Source: Lysobacteraceae bacterium (GTDB taxonomy: Bacteria; Bdellovibrionota; UBA1018; JAGTJX01). From it: a stretch of 32,000 bases of DNA. Positions 26,798-32,000 of the stretch are shown piece after piece. The notes beneath the pieces were generated by a model. The model saw nothing but the letters and a program-made list of their open reading frames with translations, was not told the DNA's origin and made no database searches. The translations under genes were made by a program, and so were the position numbers. Position 1 is the first letter of the stretch. Every line of letters begins with the position of its first letter. The stretch lies in assembly GCA_023657465.1 (NCBI GenBank), contig JAGTJX010000004.1:18053-50052 (forward strand), given 5' to 3'.

Positions 26798-27355
26798 ATG
26801 AAAATATTCATTTTTTGTTTTTTTATACCTACTTTTGCTCTTAATTCTTTTGCAGAAGATCGAATTAAATTTGAAAAAAAAGGTGAAACTTACGATTTTC
26901 AAGTGAGTGATATCAATGGTCCTAATGGATCAACGGCACAAGAGGCCTTCCTCTATTACATATTTGCAGGCGCAAAAAAAAATAACTCGGATCAGAACGA
27001 CTGGAATGCATTCTACCGTATTCCTGGTTATAGAAAACAAACTATCAGTAAACTGCTTAAAGTAAATCTAGTTGGCGATTTACCAAAATATATTTGGCAC
27101 TTTTCACTTCCAACAGATGACCTGATTTCACACAAAAGCACGGAGAATAGCGAAGAGATACAAATCAAAGGTGAAGTAGCTGAGGTACTCTATGACGGTA
27201 TTCAAAATATACTAGCATACAACGATAGTCTTAGCTCTTGTGATAAGGAAAAAAGAGTTTTTCTTGGTAAAAAAATTGCTTGCTCACCAACTAAAATTAG
27301 AATCCAAAGTGAAGAATACGATTCAGCTCAATGTAAACTCACTTTAGATAAATAG
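26798..27355 (+). CDS. Small exported hypothetical protein
   Basis: MKIFIFCFFIPTFALNSFAEDRIKF signal peptide; sits between 5' module A and 3' module copy 2. Confidence 0.68.
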   Translation: MKIFIFCFFIPTFALNSFAEDRIKFEKKGETYDFQVSDINGPNGSTAQEAFLYYIFAGAKKNNSDQNDWNAFYRIPGYRKQTISKLLKVNLVGDLPKYIWHFSLPTDDLISHKSTENSEEIQIKGEVAEVLYDGIQNILAYNDSLSSCDKEKRVFLGKKIACSPTKIRIQSEEYDSAQCKLTLDK

Positions 27356-27356
27356 T

Positions 27357-27420
27357 TACCTGCTCAACAATTAGAAATGTCATGAGCGCCCGAAGATAAA
27401 TCACTTTCGGGCGTTTTCAT
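27357..27420 (+). repeat. Dispersed 3' module copy 2 (terminator-like)
   Basis: TGCTCAACAATTAGAAATGTCATGAGCGCCCGAAgataaatcacttTCGGGCGTTTTCATTT. Confidence 0.75.
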
Positions 27421-27439
27421 TTGAACTAAAATCAAATTA

Positions 27440-27808
27440 TTACGCAGCCCAATCCAAATCAATCCCTGAGAACTTGGCAAGTGGGATAAGTCCATTTCGA
27501 CTATTACCAGCTTCCTTCAAATCTATAAGACCAATATCGGCAAGGAGTTTGACATCGGTATGAACATTCTTGAAATCCCGTCCAAGTAGTTTCGCTAAAT
27601 CATAAATGGACTTGGGGCTTTGTTGAATGACCGCACGAAGAATCTCCATGCGAACTTTTGAAAAGACACGAGCTACCGCTTCTAGACTCGTAAAAATGAT
27701 TTCATCATCTTTTTGAATACCTTTTCTCTTACCCTCGATAGCCTCTGCCCATTCGCGTTTAGTGTTTTCTATTGTTTTAACAATAATTTTTGCATGTTTC
27801 TTTTTCAT
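27440..27808 (-). CDS. MarR/HTH-like antitoxin, TumA/HVO_A0114-like
   Basis: SKVRMEILRAVIQQSPKSIYDLAKLLGRDFKNVHTDVKLLADIGLIDL winged-helix pattern; ATGA overlap with the upstream toxin gene. Confidence 0.72.
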   Translation of the reverse strand: MKKKHAKIIVKTIENTKREWAEAIEGKRKGIQKDDEIIFTSLEAVARVFSKVRMEILRAVIQQSPKSIYDLAKLLGRDFKNVHTDVKLLADIGLIDLKEAGNSRNGLIPLAKFSGIDLDWAA

Positions 27809-28125
27809 ACTAAGAATCCCTCCATTCGAACCAAACTCCAAAAATCTTCAACTAACTGACTTACATCTTTAAATTCATACGCTTCTTCTCGCCCATTCCG
27901 GTGCAAATGGGGCCCCTTTGGCTTGTGGTTATCAAATCCAACGATCACTTCGCCTGACTCCCTCCAAACCAAGAAGAGAGAGAACTTTCGACCCTCTGGA
28001 TAATGAGGGCTTTCTGGAACATCAAATATTTTCAGCTCAGCAATGGCAACTTCTTCGCTAGCTCTATGAATGACTTGAACTTTAGAATGAAAAAGCAACG
28101 TCGCTGCTCGACGGGGAGAAGCCAT
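27805..28125 (-). CDS. TumE-like (DUF6516) toxin
   Basis: SGEVIVGFDNHKPKGPHLHRNGREEAYEFKDVSQLVEDFWSLV; partner arrangement with a HVO_A0114-like HTH. Confidence 0.7.
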   Translation of the reverse strand: MASPRRAATLLFHSKVQVIHRASEEVAIAELKIFDVPESPHYPEGRKFSLFLVWRESGEVIVGFDNHKPKGPHLHRNGREEAYEFKDVSQLVEDFWSLVRMEGFLV

Positions 28126-28200
28126 ATATGTTTATATTACCATATATAGAGCTTTGGTCAAGGATTTCTACGAAAGAACATTCCAAATTCTACGCCCCAA

Positions 28201-28380
28201 CCTCTACTAAGTAATTTCCATTTAATCCGGTAGGCTTGTTTTCTAGAATCGCGAAATCAACTAAAACGCTTAATGAAAATATTGGCAAGTATGAACCCGC
28301 CTCACTTGACTTAGTCTACTAATGTTGATATTTAACTCGTGTTTACAAAATCATAGAAAATCTATTCAGAACCTGAATCA
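28201..28380 (+). repeat. Dispersed 5' module copy B with promoter TTGACT-17-TATTTA (28306-28334)
   Basis: CCTCTACTAAGTAATTTCCATTTAATCCGGTAG...TTAATGAAAATATTGGCAAGTAT...CTTGACTTAGTCTACTAATGTTGATATTTAACTCGTGTTTACAAAATCA. Confidence 0.82.
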
Positions 28381-28418
28381 AAACTATTTAGTCAAATGAC
28401 GTGAAGGATAGTGATGTT

Positions 28419-28796
28419 ATGAAAAAAATTATATTATGTGTGTTGTTGTTGATTTCGAATGCTGCATTTGCTCAAATAGAATTTGTCGAAACATATACCA
28501 TCGTTAGCCAGAAACCAGATGACATCTTCAGTACCATTATTAATCTTACTGATAATACAGGAAAAGTATTTTGTATAACTTGTCAGAATCCATTTGATGC
28601 AAGCTTTAAACGATCTGTCGCGTTTTGGGCTTATGGAAATGGTAGCGATAAATGGATTGCAACAACAAGTGAAACATTTAATTCAGACACTTGTCAAAAA
28701 CAAATATACTCATTGCTCGAACGTTTAGATGGCACGAATTCAATTGAGATTACTGTGAAAAATAAAATCTTAGTGAAGATGGATCTTAAGCACTGA
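28419..28796 (+). CDS. Small exported hypothetical protein
   Basis: MKKIILCVLLLISNAAFAQ signal peptide; start at internal Met. Confidence 0.7.
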   Translation: MKKIILCVLLLISNAAFAQIEFVETYTIVSQKPDDIFSTIINLTDNTGKVFCITCQNPFDASFKRSVAFWAYGNGSDKWIATTSETFNSDTCQKQIYSLLERLDGTNSIEITVKNKILVKMDLKH

Positions 28797-28798
28797 CT

Positions 28799-28880
28799 TC
28801 ATGAGCATCACATGCTCATCCTAGTAAAAGATTCTCGAACGCCCGAAGGTAAATCGCTTTCGGGCGTTTTCATTTCTATG
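28799..28880 (+). repeat. Dispersed 3' module copy 3 (two hairpins)
   Basis: ATGAGCAT-cac-ATGCTCAT then CGCCCGAAggtaaatcgctTTCGGGCG. Confidence 0.82.
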
Positions 28881-28909
28881 AAAGAATTTTCGAAATCCTG
28901 CGCTCGAAC

Positions 28910-29150
28910 CTCTACTCAGTAATTTCCATTTAATCCGGTAGACTCGATTCCAAAAACCGCCAGATCAACTAAAGAGCTAAATGGGAATATTGGCAAGTAT
29001 TTCCGGTAAAAGAAGGGTGCTAAGAGTGAGCGTTATTGAATAGAATTTCAGCCATATTGCCATACGGATCCTACCTTGACTTAGCCTATTAGAGTCGCTA
29101 TTTAACTCTTGTTTACAAAATCAAAGAAACTCGATTCAGACCATGAATCT
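28910..29150 (+). repeat. Dispersed 5' module copy C (fullest copy), promoter TTGACT-17-TATTTA (29075-29103)
   Basis: CTCTACTCAGTAATTTCCATTTAATCCGGTAGACTCGATTCC...AATATTGGCAAGTATTTCCGGTAAAAG...TTGACTTAGCCTATTAGAGTCGCTATTTAACTCTTGTTTACAAAATCA. Confidence 0.82.
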
Positions 29151-29296
29151 AAATCATGGGTCTAAAGACAAAACTGCTGCTTCCATTTCAAAGGTCGTTA
29201 TTTTGATGAAAAGACAAAATCCATACTATTTTATAATAGCTGGAGTTGGCTCGAGTGATCCCGAAATAACTGTTTCGTGCATATTGTTCTGATCAC

Positions 29297-29380
29297 ACGA
29301 GCATCACCTGCTCATTAAAACAAAGGAATTATGAACGCCTAAAAAACTAAATTTCTTTCAGGCGTTTCCATTTCTATGAT
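29297..29380 (+). repeat. Dispersed 3' module copy 4
   Basis: CACGAGCATCACCTGCTCATTAAA...GAACGCCTaaaaaactaaatttctttcAGGCGTTTCCATTTCTATGA. Confidence 0.75.
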
Positions 29381-29454
29381 TGAACGTTCCCAATTCCATC
29401 CCTACTTCTACCGGAAGTATTGTCCATTTAATCGAGCAGTAAGGAAGAGAAACT

Positions 29455-29940
29455 ATGAAAATTTTAAGTCTTGGCATCTTAATAATAGGGTCAAATGCAT
29501 TTGCTTTAGATTTTGATGACTATAAACATTGGTACAATAACGGAAATAAAACAAAATTTACTAAAAATGCTCCTGATGAAACCGACCGTCTAAGTCGCTC
29601 AACTCCTCAATGCACCTTCGCTGTGCATTCTCCACCACGCTCAGAAAATGCTTCCGCAATTGCTATTGAGCCAACGAAAAATGGAGATATACTTGTTTTT
29701 GGATCTGTAACAACCATTGGAGACTCTAGAGCTCGTAAGATGCTTGCTAAATTAACTTCAAATTCTGAGTCGGACTCAGACTTGATTTTGGGTATTCGAA
29801 AAAACAATCTAGATGTTTATGAAGATGCTGCAGCTCCTGTAAGAATACTAATTCGTTCTGGTTATCGCGATCTCTACTTCAAAATCGAAACAGTTTCTGT
29901 GAGTGAAAAATTAAAGAATTTGCATACGGAAGATGTTTGA
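29455..29940 (+). CDS. Small exported hypothetical protein
   Basis: MKILSLGILIIGSNAFALD signal peptide; RBS-like ggaagag. Confidence 0.65.
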   Translation: MKILSLGILIIGSNAFALDFDDYKHWYNNGNKTKFTKNAPDETDRLSRSTPQCTFAVHSPPRSENASAIAIEPTKNGDILVFGSVTTIGDSRARKMLAKLTSNSESDSDLILGIRKNNLDVYEDAAAPVRILIRSGYRDLYFKIETVSVSEKLKNLHTEDV

Positions 29941-30014
29941 ACGCTTATAGAAAATATTAGTCCCTAAATTTGTAGCCTTTTGATGCTCTAAAAAGCAAAG
30001 GACTAAAATTCAAC

Positions 30015-30051
30015 AAAACCCTTGTTGGCATGATCTGCTAGCAGGGGTTTT
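30015..30051. terminator. Bidirectional terminator candidate between convergent genes
   Basis: AAAACCCTTG...CAGGGGTTTT hairpin. Confidence 0.6.
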
Positions 30052-30057
30052 ATGTTT

Positions 30058-30366
30058 TTACGAAGCCTGTTTCTTTTCGCTTTCAATGGATATTTTGAGA
30101 CCGACTGCTTTGAGTAGTGATCTTAGAGTCGAGAGTTTTGGGTTTCCATCTTTTGAAAGCGTCTTATAGAGACTCTCTCTACCTAATGAAGCGTGTTCTG
30201 CAATCTCTGAAACTCCGTGAGCTACAGCTACGTCTCGTAGAGCTAAAAGAAACACATCTTCACTATCATCTTCATCTAGATGAGCATTGAGATATGCAGC
30301 TGCTTCCTTTGGATCGTGCAGTGATTGAATGAGTCCATCTTCATATTTTTTCGTTCGTTTTGGCAT
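30058..30366 (-). CDS. HigA-like addiction-module antidote protein
   Basis: MPKRTKKYEDGLIQSLHDPKEAAAYLNAHLDEDDSEDVFLLALRDVAVAHGVSEIAEHASLGRESLYKTLSKDGNPKLSTLRSLLKAVGLKI. Confidence 0.85.
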   Translation of the reverse strand: MPKRTKKYEDGLIQSLHDPKEAAAYLNAHLDEDDSEDVFLLALRDVAVAHGVSEIAEHASLGRESLYKTLSKDGNPKLSTLRSLLKAVGLKISIESEKKQAS

Positions 30367-30380
30367 CTTTGTCTCCTTTG

Positions 30381-30713
30381 CTACACAGACTGATAATCTT
30401 TCCAATACTCTTTGGCCTTTTGAATATCGCGCTCCTGAGAGCCTTTATCTCCACCGACGAGGAGAACCACGATTTTTGCTCCATCCTCACCAAAATACAC
30501 TCGGTAGCCTGGGCCAAAATCAATTTTGAGTTCCCACACACCCTGGCTGAGATTTCTTGTATTACCCAGGTTTCCGGTACGCACACGGTTCAGGCGTTTC
30601 CGCACAATTGCTCGTGCTGAAATATCCTTCAGGCCATTCAACCAATCTTCAAATGGACACCGTCCATCTTCAGTGACGTAGTTTAGTAGCTCACGAGGAG
30701 TTGGTTCCTTATC
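30381..30713 (-). CDS. RelE/HigB-like (phage Gp49-like) toxin; start codon unclear
   Basis: Frame reads DKEPTPRELLNYVTEDGRCPFEDWLNGLKDISARAIVRKRLNRVRTGNLGNTRNLSQGVWELKIDFGPGYRVYFGEDGAKIVVLLVGGDKGSQERDIQKAKEYWKDY. The track begins at an internal TTG (30641). Confidence 0.75.
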   Translation of the reverse strand, partial: DKEPTPRELLNYVTEDGRCPFEDWLNGLKDISARAIVRKRLNRVRTGNLGNTRNLSQGVWELKIDFGPGYRVYFGEDGAKIVVLLVGGDKGSQERDIQKAKEYWKDYQSV

Positions 30714-30766
30714 TCAGCCTTTATTGTATCCTAAAAGATACATATATTGCAAGGTGTATTTTAGAC

Positions 30767-30937
30767 TCATTTATGGCGCCTCTCACCTAAAAGCTGCCTA
30801 TTCCACTTACCTAGGCTCATGATGTGCTGTTTTGAAGCGCCGTGCATGAGCTGCTCTGTGACATCGATAATCGTGCCGCTCCAACCCAATCCCAAGCCAA
30901 GCCAAATGAGTCGGTTGATCAAAGTTGAAATGTTCAT
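30767..30937 (-). CDS. Small hypothetical protein, 56 aa (below ORF-track cutoff)
   Basis: Hand translation: MNISTLINRLIWLGLGLGWSGTIIDVTEQLMHGASKQHIMSLGKWNRQLLGERRHK*, SD AAAGGA upstream. Confidence 0.45.
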   Translation of the reverse strand: MNISTLINRLIWLGLGLGWSGTIIDVTEQLMHGASKQHIMSLGKWNRQLLGERRHK

Positions 30938-31352
30938 AGGTTAGTCCTTTCGTTGATACTATATTTTGAATAGTGATAGAAATCCCCCAAGACACGCCAC
31001 CTGGCCTTAGGGGATTGATTAGATTTTAATTTTCAATGAACCTACCAGTAAGAGTTTATCCGCTCTTGCAAATCGTCGATCCCAGAGCGCATATATGTAC
31101 TCTCGAACAACAACCAGTGGTTCGTTCAAAATAGCTCGTCGCCCACCATTCAAGTAAAAAAGCGAACTCGCGTCAGGAATGTTGGCCTTACCATTAGAAA
31201 GAAGGGCAATTATTTCCGGTAAAAGAGGGTGCCTTAGTACGAGCGTTATTGAATAGAAATTTCAAGAATTATGAAGGGAAGCGTACAAGAAAAAGGCCGT
31301 TGAATTTCTAAGCTCTCAACCATCGTGAGGCTGTACCATGGGCTCAATAACA

Positions 31353-32000
31353 TTAACTCAATTTGTCTGACTCACTACGTTCTATCATTTGGTCAACTGC
31401 AGCTTCTAACACTTTTATTCGCTCTAAATTTCCTTCTGCCTCAGCACTAGAAAACATTTTAAAATTGGCGTTGGGTGCGAGCGCTGAATGGGTTCCAGCC
31501 AAATATTCATTGATAAAAATTTTCAATGCAGGTTGAGAGTTTTTATCATTGACCCCGAGCCAATTGAGGCGACGCTCAACAAAGAGGGTAGTAAAGCCAT
31601 TCACCATGGCCCAGCAGTGCATCGATTTGTGATAAGGGTCTCCTGGACCCACAATCCCCTCTTTTTGTAATAGTTCGATCACTTTTTTGAGTAATGCGAA
31701 AGTCAATCCTGCTGCTTTTTCGAGCTCAGGATATTCCGGACTTGGACAAACCGTAGAGCTCAACATGAGCTTGAAATGTTGAGGATGAGAAAGTCCCATT
31801 TTAAAGTAAGATTGAGCACATCCATGTAGCAGTTCTTTAGGTTTTTTTCTGTTTTTGATAAATGCCTCTAGCATGTATTTCATTTTTATTTCAAAGCCTT
31901 GCTGGCTAATCGCCGCGAGTAACTCATTGCGATTCTTGAAGTGACGATAAGGAGCTGCTTGGCTGACTCCTGCTCGAATAGCAAGTGTGTTGAGGGAGAG
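31353..32000 (-). CDS. TetR-family regulator, N-terminus outside window
   Basis: The frame continues upstream of the listed Met: LSLNTLAIRAGVSQAAPYRHFKNRNELLAAISQQGFEIKMKYM, the HTH end typical of TetR. Confidence 0.85.
   Translation of the reverse strand, partial: LSLNTLAIRAGVSQAAPYRHFKNRNELLAAISQQGFEIKMKYMLEAFIKNRKKPKELLHGCAQSYFKMGLSHPQHFKLMLSSTVCPSPEYPELEKAAGLTFALLKKVIELLQKEGIVGPGDPYHKSMHCWAMVNGFTTLFVERRLNWLGVNDKNSQPALKIFINEYLAGTHSALAPNANFKMFSSAEAEGNLERIKVLEAAVDQMIERSESDKLS

Noticed and set aside
23642-29380. Repeats as integron attC sites
   Set aside because: I could not find the paired core sites (RYYYAAC/GTTRRRY) at consistent positions. The conserved pieces read as promoter and terminator modules instead.
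23267-29400. CRISPR array
   Set aside because: Repeats are few, unevenly spaced by hundreds of bp to several kb and flank ORFs; no regular spacers and no cas genes.
30329-30620. ORFs 30329..30529, 30360..30620 (+) and 30341..30586 (-)
   Set aside because: All are out-of-frame or antisense overlaps of the HigB/HigA-like pair.
30807-30995. Track ORF of 62 aa
   Set aside because: A different minus-strand frame (30767-30937) has a proper SD and hydrophobic N-terminus and is the better candidate.
31488-31670. Plus-strand 60-aa ORF
   Set aside because: Antisense to the TetR-family regulator.

Overview
The window looks like chromosomal DNA from a Bdellovibrio-like predatory bacterium. This is inferred from gene content and style; I could not run a database search. 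The left two thirds is well packed: a 5'-truncated HD-GYP/receiver protein, a STAS protein, a CheY-like receiver, smc, an LRR exported protein, an uncharacterised pair (280 aa plus a 576 aa coiled-coil protein), trmFO, a XerC-type recombinase, a DedA-family protein and an MpaA-like M14 carboxypeptidase. It also holds a compact seven-gene minus-strand operon (20517 to 13886). In transcription order this encodes a beta-barrel-like exported protein, a TPR lipoprotein, an exported single-TM protein with a FliF-like periplasmic part and a FliG-like C-terminus, a cyclic-nucleotide-binding protein, MotA, MotB and an SH3b protein. I regard this putative trans-envelope, stator-powered motor with no flagellar structural genes in view as the best candidate for an undescribed system. 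The right third (about 20.8-31.9 kb) is accessory. Small Sec-exported proteins sit between near-identical promoter and terminator modules, interleaved with at least five toxin-antitoxin-like modules, several visibly decayed. Other notable items are a perfectly symmetric 19-bp inverted repeat that forms a divergent, apparently leaderless fic promoter, a ~255-bp long-arm inverted-repeat element between convergent genes, and a ~320-nt structured RNA candidate upstream of the LRR gene.
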